From: a bacterium
GTDB taxonomy: Bacteria; Patescibacteriota; Microgenomatia; UBA8517
Assembly (NCBI GenBank): GCA_030583725.1
Contig: CP129472.1
Span: 64,286-128,285 of the forward strand
DNA length: 64,000 bases
Reading direction: 5' to 3'
In this document: positions 36,004 to 46,700 of the stretch, one piece after another
How the letters are laid out: every line of letters starts with the position of its first letter
Position numbering within the stretch: the stretch's first letter is position 1
Translations under genes and position numbers: made by a program
Notes under the pieces: generated by a model
The model's input: the letters and a program-made list of their open reading frames with translations, nothing else
Databases searched by the model: none
Told to the model about the DNA's origin: nothing

Positions 36004-37941
36004 ATGAAAAGAGAACGAAATGAACCCATGAACGATAACCCTTTGTATGCAATTTACAAAAAAGAGAGTCAATTAATAAAAGCTGTTGAGTCTCAATTAG
36101 TAAGCAAAAATCAAACTCCAAATATTATTGAAGCTCCACTTTCTACAGGTTTTGATTATGGCATTAATCTTACAAGTCTGGCTAGTGAAGAAGGATTATC
36201 TCCACAAGATCTAGCTTTAAAAATAGCGAGTAAAATAGATGGTGCTGAAGCTGTTGGGTCATTTTTGAATTTTAAATTAGAAATGTCTGAATTTGGTCAT
36301 GCAGTAGTAGATCAAATTTTGGATATGAAAGCTGACTATGGTAAGGAAAATGAAGGAAATGGACAAAGAGTAGTTATAGATATGTCTTCTCCCAACATAG
36401 CAAAAAGAATGAGCTATGGTCACTTAAGGTCTACAATTATTGGCGATGCTTTAGCAAATCTACACAGATCTGCAGGATATGAAGTTATTCGAGATAATCA
36501 TATAGGTGACTGGGGAACACAGTTTGGAAAATTAATTGTTGCGATTAAAAACTGGGGTGACGAGCAAGAATTATTAAATTCGGATGATCCCATTGGTATA
36601 CTTCAAGATTTATATGTTAAATTTCATTCAGAAGAAGAAATTGAAAAAGGTGTTTTGAGAGAGGAAGCAAAGAAAAAAATTGAAGTGGATGGTGTTGAAT
36701 CAGTAACTGGACTTGAAGAAACAATCGAGATCATAAGTCAGGAAATAATGACTAGAAAGAAAATATCTAGGTCAGAATTGGATACGACAAAAATAACTGA
36801 AGATGCATTAGATAGAGTAATTGTTTCAGGTTTAGAAAAAGAAGGACGGAATTGGTTTTTAAAACTTGAAAAAGGCAATAAAGAAGCTCGAAGACTTTGG
36901 AAACTTTGCATTGATCTTTCGTTAAAAGAATTTAATCAGATTTATGAAGTATTAGGAGTTAATTTTGAAGAGTCGTTTGGCGAGAGTTTCTACGAAAGTA
37001 TGTTAGGTGGTGTTATAGACAAAGTAGCTTCAAGTAAAGCTGGTCACGTTAGTAATGGAGCATTAGTAATTGATATGCAGGATAAAGGATTGGGTGTTGC
37101 AATTGTACAAAAATCTGACGGGGCAAGTGTTTATATGACAAGAGATTTGGCTTGTGCAATTTATCGAGAGGAAGAGATGAAAGCGGACAAGGCGATTTAT
37201 GTAGTTGGTGATGATCAAAAACAATATTTTGAACAACTTTTCGAAAGCTTAAGTAGACTAGGTTATAAAATTGGTGAGAATTCAGTACATGTTTATTTTG
37301 GAATGGTGAGTTTACCAGAAGGTAAAATGTCAACAAGAAAAGGAAGAGTAATTCTATTAAAAGATGTTTTAAGTGAGGGATTTAGAAAAGCAAATGAGGT
37401 TATTGAAGCAAAAAGTCCAAAGTTGAATAAGAATGAATCACTTAAGGATGAAATTGTTAGACAAATTGCTGTTGGGGCTTTGAAATGGAATGATTTATGT
37501 CAAGATCCAAGAAAGTCAGTTATCTTTAATTGGGACAAGGCCTTAAATTTCGATGGAAACTCAGCACCTTATGTTCAATATACTGCAGTTAGAGCAAATA
37601 GTATTATTGAAGCTTCACGAATAGATATAGCGCAGCTATCAAAAAATAATGCTAATTCAGAAAATGATTATCAAGAAATATCTGAAAAAGCATTAATTAG
37701 ACAATTAGCTAGTTTCCCAAAAGCAATTAAAGATGCTCTAGATAATAACTCTCCAGCTAAAGTTGCAACGTATGTATTTGAATTATCAAAAAGATTTAAT
37801 ACTTTTTATGGTAAAAATAGAGTTTTGGGTATTGAGGATGAAAATATAGTCTCATCTCGTTTGAAACTAGTCGCTGCAACATACCAAACAATCAAAAATT
37901 CACTTGCGATTTTAGGAATAGAGGTTCCTTCAAGAATGTAA
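36004..37941 (+). CDS. argS: Arginine--tRNA ligase
   Basis: 'SSPNIAKRMSYGHLRSTIIGDALANLHRSAGYEVIRDNHIGDWGTQFGKL' ArgRS signature; DALR anticodon-binding C-terminus; 645 aa. Confidence 0.9.
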   Translation: MKRERNEPMNDNPLYAIYKKESQLIKAVESQLVSKNQTPNIIEAPLSTGFDYGINLTSLASEEGLSPQDLALKIASKIDGAEAVGSFLNFKLEMSEFGHAVVDQILDMKADYGKENEGNGQRVVIDMSSPNIAKRMSYGHLRSTIIGDALANLHRSAGYEVIRDNHIGDWGTQFGKLIVAIKNWGDEQELLNSDDPIGILQDLYVKFHSEEEIEKGVLREEAKKKIEVDGVESVTGLEETIEIISQEIMTRKKISRSELDTTKITEDALDRVIVSGLEKEGRNWFLKLEKGNKEARRLWKLCIDLSLKEFNQIYEVLGVNFEESFGESFYESMLGGVIDKVASSKAGHVSNGALVIDMQDKGLGVAIVQKSDGASVYMTRDLACAIYREEEMKADKAIYVVGDDQKQYFEQLFESLSRLGYKIGENSVHVYFGMVSLPEGKMSTRKGRVILLKDVLSEGFRKANEVIEAKSPKLNKNESLKDEIVRQIAVGALKWNDLCQDPRKSVIFNWDKALNFDGNSAPYVQYTAVRANSIIEASRIDIAQLSKNNANSENDYQEISEKALIRQLASFPKAIKDALDNNSPAKVATYVFELSKRFNTFYGKNRVLGIEDENIVSSRLKLVAATYQTIKNSLAILGIEVPSRM

Positions 37942-37970
37942 TTCTCTGGAAAATAAACTATAATACTTTT

Positions 37971-38870
37971 ATGCAATCATGGATTTTGTATTCCTTACTT
38001 GGTACAGCAATTTATGTTATTGTGATTTTTGTTGACAAATATAATTTAACTCAACAAATTAAGGATTATCGGGGTATGGCTATGTACAGCGCCATTGTTG
38101 GATTAATTTCAGGGAGTGTTCTCTGGTTAATGACTGGAAGACCAATACTTGGGTTTCAAGATGGATTATTAGTTATGATAACTGGAATGCTTTCGATATT
38201 TTCAGCTTCGATATATTTCTATGTAATACAAAAGGAGGATGGAAGTAAAGTTCTTTTTCTACTCCAATTAGTTCCTGTATTTGTTTTAATTTTATCACTG
38301 TTATTCTTGGATGAAGTCATCACTATAAAGAAGCTGTTAGGTTTTGCATTAATTTTAATTCCATCTCTTTTGGCATCATCGGATGGCAATAAGCTGAAAC
38401 TATCAATAGATAAAAACACAATACTATTAATGGCCTCCACATTTTTAACTGCTGTCAGTGCTGTAATATTTAAGTTTGTTGTTGATGCAGGAAGTTTTTC
38501 AAAAGTTGTTGCCTATGAAAGCTGGGGTTGGGCAATCGGCGGTTTAATTTTATTTACTGTTTTTCCCTCCGTAAGAAAGGCTTTTTTCACAACTACCAAA
38601 TCCTTAAAGAAAATTGCATTGGCAATTGTATTTGGAAATGAGATTTTGTTTTTAGGCAGTAAGCTTCTTTTATTTCTTGCAATTTCATTGGGATCAGTCT
38701 ATTTAGTTAATGTGATAACTGGAACACAAGTACTGTTCGGAGCTTTATTTGGAGTAGTACTTACATTACTTGTACCCAAGATATTTCATGAGGATATCAG
38801 TAAGAATAGTATTAAAAATAAATTAATATTGGGAGTTATCACTCTTGTTGGATTAGGGTTAATTTATTAA
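37971..38870 (+). CDS. DMT/EamA-family membrane transporter
   Basis: 10 predicted TM segments in two 5-TM halves. Confidence 0.6.
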   Translation: MQSWILYSLLGTAIYVIVIFVDKYNLTQQIKDYRGMAMYSAIVGLISGSVLWLMTGRPILGFQDGLLVMITGMLSIFSASIYFYVIQKEDGSKVLFLLQLVPVFVLILSLLFLDEVITIKKLLGFALILIPSLLASSDGNKLKLSIDKNTILLMASTFLTAVSAVIFKFVVDAGSFSKVVAYESWGWAIGGLILFTVFPSVRKAFFTTTKSLKKIALAIVFGNEILFLGSKLLLFLAISLGSVYLVNVITGTQVLFGALFGVVLTLLVPKIFHEDISKNSIKNKLILGVITLVGLGLIY

Positions 38871-38896
38871 TCATAACTGTATACATTCTTAGTAGT

Positions 38897-39480
38897 CTCC
38901 TTTCTCCTGCCCATGCACATGGCGTAAGCCATCACCCCTGTAAGCTTTGGCGTGTTTTGTGTTGGGCAGAATTCCCGACAGGGAATATTTCAGGAGCAAT
39001 GCCTGTTGTGCCCGTAGCTTCCTAACCAAGTGCTGTGCGTAAGCACCTGTTCTGTTTTCAGCACTTGGATAGTTGCCTGTTAAGGTAAATTGCGACTGAA
39101 ATGTCATATTTTGTCCCAACGGCTAGCCGTTAACCGTCCAGCGGACGGTAACATGGACAAAAGGCCGTATTTACGGCCAGTTAACGGAGTCGATTGATCT
39201 TCTTACGGTATACCGTTAACTACCGTCAGGAGCCGTTAGGCCTCCTGACTATAAATAACCCCTTTTCCTTAAAGTGGGTAAGCGGAAGGCCGAAACGAGC
39301 GAAGCGAGTGGAGGCCTGGAGCGCAAACATGATATGGGTTTGCGAGCCGCGAAGCGGCGAGCAAGGAAACACGCTCCGCAACAATTCCTTCCCCTTTAAC
39401 CCCTCCCTTGTTGCTCCGCTACAGAATTAAAAATGTGTGGTAAAATAGGTTCTGACTAAACTATAGATATGCACCTTGAC
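38897..39480 (+). ncRNA. Structured RNA-like element, copy B (hairpin-rich module 38897..~39273 + inverted-repeat arm 39274..39480)
   Basis: Same hairpin order as copy A with compensatory changes: AUGGC-GUAA-GCCAU; AUUCCC-GACA-GGGAAU; GUGC-GUAA-GCAC; UUGCC-UGUUAAG-GUAA (G-U wobble, valid only on the + strand); ACGG-UAUA-CCGU; GUCAGGAG-loop-CUCCUGAC; then the conserved junction 'uauaaauaaccccuuuuccuuaaag'. Confidence 0.5.
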
Positions 39481-39516
39481 GTACTTTAATATATTTTTGA
39501 AGCTAAAAGATAATTT

Positions 39517-39598
39517 GCGGGAGTGGCGAAATTGGTAGACGCGCTTGCCTAAGGAGCATGTGGAGAAATCCTTGCTGGTTCGAGTCCAGTCTCCCGCA
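39517..39598 (+). tRNA. tRNA-Leu (class II); anticodon reads AAG in the canonical fold (U-U mismatch in the anticodon stem), so the anticodon assignment is uncertain
   Basis: GCGGGAG acceptor, 3-bp D-stem/11-nt loop identical in pattern to the other Leu genes, long variable arm, T-arm GCUGG-UUCGAGU-CCAGU, discriminator A. Confidence 0.65.
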
Positions 39599-39614
39599 CA
39601 ATGTACTTTAATAT

Positions 39615-39688
39615 GGATTCATAGCTCAGTTGGTTAGAGCGTTCGGTTTACATCCGAAAGGTCGTAGGTTCGAGTCCTACTGGATCCA
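39615..39688 (+). tRNA. tRNA-Val (anticodon TAC)
   Basis: GGAUUCA acceptor, GCUC-AGUUGGUUA-GAGC, anticodon arm UUCGG-UUUACAU-CCGAA, T-arm GUAGG-UUCGAGU-CCUAC. Confidence 0.85.
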
Positions 39689-39797
39689 CAAAGTGGAGTC
39701 AGCAAGTTTCTTACTGGATCTACAAGAATAAGATTGTTTGCTATAATATTGAAATTAAGCTGAGATAATAAAAATCTTGTCTTATCAAAACATATTT

Positions 39798-39870
39798 GCC
39801 GAGATAGCCTAGTTGGTCATGGCGCATCTCTGAAGAAGATGAAATGTTGGTTCGATTCCAACTCTCGGCA
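39798..39870 (+). tRNA. tRNA-Phe (anticodon GAA)
   Basis: GCCGAGA acceptor, anticodon arm CAUCU-CUGAAGA-AGAUG, T-arm GUUGG-UUCGAUU-CCAAC. Confidence 0.85.
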
Positions 39871-41496
39871 CAAATTGTAAATGCGGGTATGTGAAATTAA
39901 AATTTCATCACCCGCTCGAAGCTCGCGGGTATAGCATAGTGGTAATGCGCCTCGTTGCCAACGAGGATAGAGGAGTCCGATTCTCCTTACCCGCTCCCAC
40001 CCCCGACCTGTCGGGTCGGCACGAAGTGCGGACCAGACATTTATCCCCTGTCCTCGGACAATTCTGTTTTTTAGAAAGAGGTCCGAGCCGAAGATTTTAG
40101 CGGCGAGAACCTTTTTAAGTTGCAAGTCCGCAGACTTGGCAACTTGTGTAGCTGTTCTTGCTTCATTTATCCAACTCCTCATGGGTCCGAGCCAACTGTC
40201 ATTGGTTTGTTGGAAGTTAAAGATTTGCTCCTCCAATTTCTTCTTTTGGGAGAGAAGTTCTGACTTTTTAGAAAGATAACTTTCTTTGTCAACTTCTTGG
40301 TCAAGGTAACTATCCAAAAGAATTGTCAATTTGGAGGAAATCTTTCTAACTTCCTCTTGTTTTTCAAAAACAAACCTATGACCAGATTGGGCAAGATTGA
40401 TTTTTTCTTTGTCTAATTTCTTTAACATTTTACTTGCCCAATCGTTTCGCAAAGAATACTTTTTGATGAGTGTGGAGAGTTGAAAGTCTAAATTTTCCTC
40501 TCTAATAAATGGTTGGCGACAGTTATGGAATTTAGACTTTCTAGTACATCTATAGTATTTGAAAATATCTACTTTACCGTTTTTATAATATTTATTTTTA
40601 ATTTCTCCTGTAATTGCCATTCCACACTCTCCACACTTTAGAAGTCCTAAAAATGGTTTAGTAATTCTTGCCTTGGTCCACTGTTTACTTCTACCATTTA
40701 GGACTTCTTGTACTTCATCAAAAAGTTTCTTTGTGATTATTGGCGTATGGACCCCTTCGTGGATCTCTCCTAAATACCGAAAATGGCCGTAGTAGAATGG
40801 GTTTTTTAAAACAAGATTCATCTTGTCTATCCGAGCGCATCTAGCTTTAGGTAAATTTACGCCATTTTCTGACAAAAAGTCAGCAATTTGGTAAAGCCTA
40901 TACTTACCTGTTGCAAACATTTCAAAGGCTTTAACAATAAGTGGTGAAATCTTTTTATTAACTTTGATTGACTTATCCCTAGAATCATTAATGTAACCTA
41001 GTGGTGCAACACCTGGCATTTCACCACGTCTGACTTTTTGGCGTAGTCCTCTTTTGGTATTTTCAGAGAGAGCATCCACGAAGTACTTGCTTTGGCCAAA
41101 GGCCATTGCAAGCATGAATTTTCCTTGTGGAGTTGGTTCAAACCAAAATTGAGGACATTTTAAATACTTTAACTTTCCTATATCAATCAAGTAAATAATT
41201 TTTCCACCATCCATGGAGTTTCTAGCAAGTCTATCAGGATGCCAACAAATTATGCCAGAAGCACGGTCTTTTTCTATTGCTTCCATCATTTTATTAAATA
41301 TTGGTCTTCCTTGAATTTTGGCAGACTGCTTTTCAACAAATTCTTCAACAACAAACAAATTCTCACGTTTTGCAAAGTCTCTTAACTCAGCAAGTTGTGC
41401 TTCGATCGAAAGAATTTGTTTGTCTTCTACATCTGTAGACTTGCGTGCATACAAGAAAAATTTTTGAAGGCTAGGATTATTTACAATATTGCTCAT
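39817..41496 (-). CDS. Large serine recombinase 3
   Basis: 'FFLYARKSTDVEDKQILSIEAQ', 'WHPDRLARN', zinc ribbon 'LKCGECGMAITG...YRCTRKSKFHNC'; start MSNIVNNP at 41496. The C-terminus 'WSALRADPTGRGW' is encoded in IR65c; the frame continues antisense through tRNA-Gly/Phe without a stop until 39817. Confidence 0.85.
   Translation of the reverse strand: MSNIVNNPSLQKFFLYARKSTDVEDKQILSIEAQLAELRDFAKRENLFVVEEFVEKQSAKIQGRPIFNKMMEAIEKDRASGIICWHPDRLARNSMDGGKIIYLIDIGKLKYLKCPQFWFEPTPQGKFMLAMAFGQSKYFVDALSENTKRGLRQKVRRGEMPGVAPLGYINDSRDKSIKVNKKISPLIVKAFEMFATGKYRLYQIADFLSENGVNLPKARCARIDKMNLVLKNPFYYGHFRYLGEIHEGVHTPIITKKLFDEVQEVLNGRSKQWTKARITKPFLGLLKCGECGMAITGEIKNKYYKNGKVDIFKYYRCTRKSKFHNCRQPFIREENLDFQLSTLIKKYSLRNDWASKMLKKLDKEKINLAQSGHRFVFEKQEEVRKISSKLTILLDSYLDQEVDKESYLSKKSELLSQKKKLEEQIFNFQQTNDSWLGPMRSWINEARTATQVAKSADLQLKKVLAAKIFGSDLFLKNRIVRGQGINVWSALRADPTGRGWERVRRIGLLYPRWQRGALPLCYTRELRAGDEILISHTRIYNLCRELESNQHFIFFRDAP
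39925..39995 (+). tRNA. tRNA-Gly (anticodon GCC)
   Basis: GCGGGUA acceptor, anticodon arm CCUCG-UUGCCAA-CGAGG, T-arm AGGAG-UCCGAUU-CUCCU. The 3' end is contiguous with IR65c. Confidence 0.85.
39993..40059. repeat. IR65c (abuts the tRNA-Gly 3' end); partner 41580..41646
   Basis: 'gctcccacccccgacctgtcgggtcggcacgaagtgcggaccagacatttatcccctgtcctcggac' is the reverse complement of the partner. Confidence 0.8.
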
Positions 41497-41504
41497 GCAA
41501 TATT

Positions 41505-41534
41505 ATTTATACGCCCGTAAATAATCCGTATCAA
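41505..41534 (-). promoter_or_regulatory. Conserved sigma70-like leaderless promoter of recombinase 3
   Basis: Reverse complement ttgata-cggattatttacgggcg-tataaat, ATG 9 nt downstream. Confidence 0.65.
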
Positions 41535-41579
41535 TAGATCTTTTTATATCAATTTTGGTTTGAGGTTGTGTTCTGTTTT

Positions 41580-41646
41580 GTCCGAGGACAGGGGATAAAT
41601 GTCTGGTCCGCACTTCGTGCCGACCCGACAGGTCGGGGGTGGGAGC
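41580..41646. repeat. IR65c' (upstream of the recombinase 3 promoter)
   Basis: Reverse complement of 39993..40059. Confidence 0.8.
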
Positions 41647-41866
41647 GACTTTTCCAAACCGCTCTGACTTGGTTTCGCCAACATGTATAGTTTAACATCT
41701 TTGTTTGCATTCTCCAAGAAGAGGGGTTAAAGGGGAAATGAATTGGAGAATGCTCGTGTTGCTCGCTCAGCTCCGCTTCGCGGAGCTTCGCTAACCCAAT
41801 CGTGTGTGCGCTCCAGGCCTCCACTCGCTTCGCTCGTTTCGGCCTTCCGCTTACCCACTGTGTTTT
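41646..41866. repeat. ~220-bp inverted-repeat arm C (far end). Partner 57166..57386; followed by an inner segment 41867..41970 homologous to 31699..31790.
   Basis: Reverse complement of the arm 3' of ncRNA copy C. Hairpin CUCCAA...UUGGAG replaces GCAACAA...UUGUUGC of arms A/B around the conserved loop 'gaggggttaaaggggaa'. Confidence 0.85.
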
Positions 41867-41967
41867 GTTGTTATACCTAGCTCACGCTTACTGATAACAT
41901 AAAATACTCGTTTAACCTTATAAATACTTATTTTATTCGAAGAAAAGCTTTGCTTATACAATTGAAG

Positions 41968-42486
41968 CTAACTGTTCTTCCAGATTCCTAGTTTTTTGCT
42001 CTTTGCTTGTTCCTGTGCTTCTAAAAGTTGAACTTGATAAATAAATGGCTTCCTTTTTTGATATATAACTAATTCAGCCATACCTTTTCGGACAAGTTCA
42101 ATGGAGATGTTCTTTTCATCAATGATTGGGTATGCAAGAATTCTTCCAAATTTGTCAGAAGTATAGTTATCATATTCAAGTTTTATTTCTTTACCTTCAA
42201 CAAGTTCTTTGTTTAATTTAGAAGCTTCTTCTGCAAAGTCTTCACTCTCTTCTGGAGCTGTTATGCCAACATATCTAAGTACAGTACCGTTAAATAACTC
42301 TACAGTGTCTCCATCTATCACTCTTTTAACAACTGCAGTTTTGGGGAGTTTTGTAACATCATGATTTTCTATAGCTTCTCTAGAATCTAAAACTTTTCTT
42401 ACATCATCTTCATATTCTGTACCTTTGGATAGTTCTTTTAAGTTTTTAAGAAGTTCTACTGGGACTAAAACAAATTTGTTATTCAT
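41968..42486 (-). CDS. Staphylococcal-nuclease (SNase/thermonuclease)-like protein
   Basis: 'VKRVIDGDTVEL...LRYVGITAPE...GRILAYP' matches the SNase active-site region. Confidence 0.65.
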   Translation of the reverse strand: MNNKFVLVPVELLKNLKELSKGTEYEDDVRKVLDSREAIENHDVTKLPKTAVVKRVIDGDTVELFNGTVLRYVGITAPEESEDFAEEASKLNKELVEGKEIKLEYDNYTSDKFGRILAYPIIDEKNISIELVRKGMAELVIYQKRKPFIYQVQLLEAQEQAKSKKLGIWKNS

Positions 42487-42495
42487 ATAATTTTA

Positions 42496-42888
42496 CTAAC
42501 TAAAGATAGTTTTAATTGTATCCTCCAAAGAAATAGCAAATTGATCTAACTTTGAGTATTCTTTTAAAATCGACTGCGTAATTCCATGTTTAATTAGCGC
42601 TTGATTGTAATCAGGAACAGACGAGATACCAACTATTTTATTTGGTACAAATTTTTTAAAATCAAGAACATGGAAAGACCCTCCAAGTTTACAGTCACGA
42701 TCTAGAAGTATTAAGTCAAAACTGACGTCTAAATCCTTATTAATATATTTTTCAACCTGAATATACTCAGACAAAACAATTACAGATAAATCAAGCTTCA
42801 TTGCTGTTTCAATTTTATATAATGCGTCAAATATTTTAGAGAGTGTTAGGATATCATCCTCAAGTATTAATATTCTTTTAGTTTTCAT
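42496..42888 (-). CDS. Stand-alone receiver (REC/CheY-like) domain protein
   Basis: 'RILILEDD' acidic pocket, 'LILLDRD' phospho-acceptor-like Asp; 130 aa. Confidence 0.5.
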   Translation of the reverse strand: MKTKRILILEDDILTLSKIFDALYKIETAMKLDLSVIVLSEYIQVEKYINKDLDVSFDLILLDRDCKLGGSFHVLDFKKFVPNKIVGISSVPDYNQALIKHGITQSILKEYSKLDQFAISLEDTIKTIFS

Positions 42889-42890
42889 TA

Positions 42891-43154
42891 TTAAATTAGT
42901 ACTAAAGTTATTATTAAAGACAATATGGCAGAAACAAAAAAGGATGTTTTTCTTGCACTTTTCTCAACATTTATGAATTCCTCATTATTCTTGTAGTTTT
43001 TTGGATTATGGAACCTGCGGTTCATTTTTAATCCTCTATAGCTGTGGCTTGGTTCAAAACTAATTTTTCCTTTGTACTTGATATAAGTCCAATATATCCA
43101 AGAAAAATTAAAGATAAAACAAACTATGTATATAAGGATAAATGACATACACAA
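42891..43154 (-). CDS. Small membrane protein
   Basis: Two hydrophobic segments; ORF only. Confidence 0.3.
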   Translation of the reverse strand: MCMSFILIYIVCFIFNFSWIYWTYIKYKGKISFEPSHSYRGLKMNRRFHNPKNYKNNEEFINVEKSARKTSFFVSAILSLIITLVLI

Positions 43155-43277
43155 ATTATAAAACTATATTTACAAAAAATACATAAACATAAACTTTTTA
43201 AAATTTCACAACTCAAAATATTTTGTCGAATTAGAAAATTTTGTTGTTAATTGTGCTTTACGCTTAAATTTATTTAA

Positions 43278-43712
43278 CTAATACACCTTTTCAGTAAAAA
43301 GTGACTTGAGTGTAAAAAATATAGTTTTTGTTATTCTAAATATAAATTCAATAAACATAATTGTTGCTATAAACATAATTTTTAAAACGCTAGGAAAATA
43401 TAGAATAATACTTATTAAACCACATGCAATAATTATTGATCTCTCATCAAACTCAAAAACGAGAAGCCCAGTAAAAAATAAACCTATTACAATAACTGCG
43501 TGTATCACTTTTCTAAATAGATAATCAGATAGTGGGTAATTAACTAAATTATAAAATCGTGAAGTTTTCTTAATTTCAAACTTTTTGAAATATCCACTAA
43601 ACAGACTAATTGGAACCATAAAAAACCTAAATAGTTCAAAAATTATGTTTCTAGCAAAATTTGGTGTTGTATCTAATTCAAACTCAACCTTTTTCATAAT
43701 AACCATATTCAA
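43278..43712 (-). CDS. Membrane protein (about 4 TM), hypothetical
   Basis: Hydrophobic segments; directly upstream of the helicase gene. Confidence 0.4.
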   Translation of the reverse strand: MNMVIMKKVEFELDTTPNFARNIIFELFRFFMVPISLFSGYFKKFEIKKTSRFYNLVNYPLSDYLFRKVIHAVIVIGLFFTGLLVFEFDERSIIIACGLISIILYFPSVLKIMFIATIMFIEFIFRITKTIFFTLKSLFTEKVY

Positions 43713-43721
43713 TATGTAACA

Positions 43722-46700
43722 TTATTTATCAATATATTTTTCAGTAATTTTACATTTTGGATAAAATTTACAACCCCACAAATATCCACCGAATCTACTT
43801 TTTCTTTTAATCATTGGCTGTGGTTCGTGATTTGGGTTAGGACAAATCGGTTCACCTGCAGGCGTATATTTTTTAACCATCTTTCTTAAACTAGTAAGTT
43901 TTTCTTTCTGCTCCTTGGTCTCTATATCTGTTTTTGGTATGACTCCCGGTTTATGCATACGCAATAAACAATATGTCCAATAACTACCGAAGCGACTTTT
44001 GTCTGTCCAATAATATGCTCCAGTTTCTTTGCAAAATTCGCACAATCTTAGATTATTTGTGCCTATTTTTCCAATATTCTTATCTAATTTCAAGAATTTA
44101 AACATTTGATTACATGTGGATTCACCCTCAAACCTTCTCATTACTTCATGGCTATCCTTTTGAGATAATATATTTAAGCTTCCTTCCCACAGTATATTTC
44201 TATCTATTATTGCTAATTTTCTATGAATAAAACCAACAAAAGGTAAGACCACAACTCCCAATTTGCTAAGCTCTTTGATACCGGATTCTGCTTGTTGTTT
44301 CATAAGTGAACTGTGTTCCTTCGTCATTCTTGTTAGTAAAAATATATTTACACCTTTACTTATAAGATGCCTAAAAATTGGCAAGAAAAAATTAACTCGA
44401 TTCATAGTTATATATGGACTATCGATTACAACTTCATTCTTTGCTTTAAGCAGATCGTTAACAAAAACATTATAAAAATCAGTTTCGTCAAACAACTTTG
44501 ATTGAGAATCGCCCTTTTCTAGTTCTTTTGTCTGAACTATTTTGGAAAGCCACTTTTCGGTCTTATCTGTAACAACATATTTTGGCAAAATTTCTTTTGC
44601 ATTAACGAATGGATAATTATTTAAACGCGAATATTCTACAAACATTCTTAACTTTGACGACAAACTATGTTTCACTAATAAACTTTTTGAATCTACTATT
44701 ACAATACATTTTTCTTGGGTTCGCGAAAAAGCGACATTTATAAGCTTTTCGTCATCACCACCATCCTGACTATCGTCTGTAAGTTTCGTTTGATTAGCTG
44801 TCGTTACATCAAAAATAATTATTTGCTTTTCTCCACCTTGAAACTTGTGTACAGTATCTACCACAACTTTATCATCTGTATTTTCGTCTTTCAGAATTTT
44901 TTGAATTAAATTTACCTGAGCTCTAAATGGTGAAATTATTCCGATGGTTTTGTAACCGCTCTTGATTGCTTGCTTTGCTATATCTACTGCCAATAATGCG
45001 TTATAAAGATTGTAATATGACCCAGAATCAGTTTTTACAGCAATTGTTCCCACTTCGCTCGTGTCAAAAACACCAATATGAAAATCGGGTAATGGTGGCT
45101 TTGACAGTAACACACTACCTTTATCAGAAGTCGCTTTAATGTCAGATATTAATTCATAGTCTTTACCGATTTTTGAATAGACAAGATGGTTAACTAAATT
45201 TGAGATGTCTGGGTGCATTCTGTATTGCCTTCTAAGTTGCTGTAAGCAGTTAACCAATGTTTTATTTCTAAGATTGTCTTCAACTCCCGATGCCTTAAAA
45301 ACATCTCGTTTTAGCCATTTATCCACGAGGTCTTGCTCTGCCTGCTTTTGTTCATCAGATAGATTCCTGTTATCGAGAACTTTATGTTTTGCAATTGGCG
45401 GAAGTTGAAGAAAATCACCAACAATAACTGTTTTAGTTTTTGATAAACCACAAGCGTGCCACACGGCAGGTAATGGAGCCATTGAAGCCTCATCAATAAT
45501 AACGCAGTCGTATTCACGACTCAATATTTCACTTGAACTATAACTTTTTGTTAACGTCGTCGCAATTATTTTTGCATTTTTGACTACCAACGAAATGAGG
45601 TTGTTCAACTGATTTTCTAATTCACTTTTTTGTGAATCTAAATCTTTTATTATCTTTCTATTGGCAAGGACTTTGGCTTCATTTTCTTCTCTAGAGTTAT
45701 CCCTTAAATCATTTCTAAGCTTTTCTGCCTCCTCCGTAAATATTCGCAACCTACCTTCAATTGTTTCAATTTGATAAATAGTTGCTTCATTTTTCTGTTT
45801 TAGATTTTCAATATTTTCAAGTAACTTTGTTTTTTCAGAGATTAATTGGGATAGATTTGTTCCAGAAAAGAACCTCATAATACTGTTTGAATTTTGATAA
45901 TTTGCGATTCTTTGGTTAATATCAGCTAATTTATGTTTATGTCCCGTCACTAATTCTTTTGAAGATATTAATTTGTTTTTGTTAGAGACTAACTCTCTAC
46001 TTATTTTTTCTATATCCTTATCACAATTATCAAGATTATCAAATAATTCAACAATTTTTTCTGAGTATTCACATTCTTTATTGATTTTATCAATTTTGGC
46101 GTTAAGATCTCCAATCTCTTTTCTGATCGGACTACCCTTAATTTCTAGTGCCTTACCGGGATCAACGTAATCAATTGATTTTAAATCCTTTTCTGTTTCG
46201 TAGAGCTTACTATCAGCATTTACCTTCCCAATACGTATGATGTTTCCAGATTCAAGATCACTTAACTGCTTCGTTTGCAACAGATACTGAACTGTTTTGT
46301 TCAAAGCCTCATCAGTTGCCTTATTTGTATGTGACAAAAGCAAAGTACTGTAGTTTAGAGACAACATGCCTTCGAGCATTTTAGCAATTAAATGTGTTTT
46401 GCCAGTTCCTGGAGGTCCCCAGATATAGGAAACTTCACTTCCCATTACGAGTCTTAATGCCCTCTCTTGAAATTCGTTCAAGGATTCCCCAACTGAGGGG
46501 ATAATATAGTCATTATCAATCATTGACTTTGAAGTATCAGGATTAAACGTTTTATTGGCTAAATCTGTTATTTTGATTTCACCATTTTTAATTTTTTGGA
46601 GTTTGTTATACAAAAGCTGCAACAAATAATAACTTGATATTATCATCATTGCTTCAGAAATTGTTGACCCAATATTTTTCTCTAATTGGACCTCAATTAT

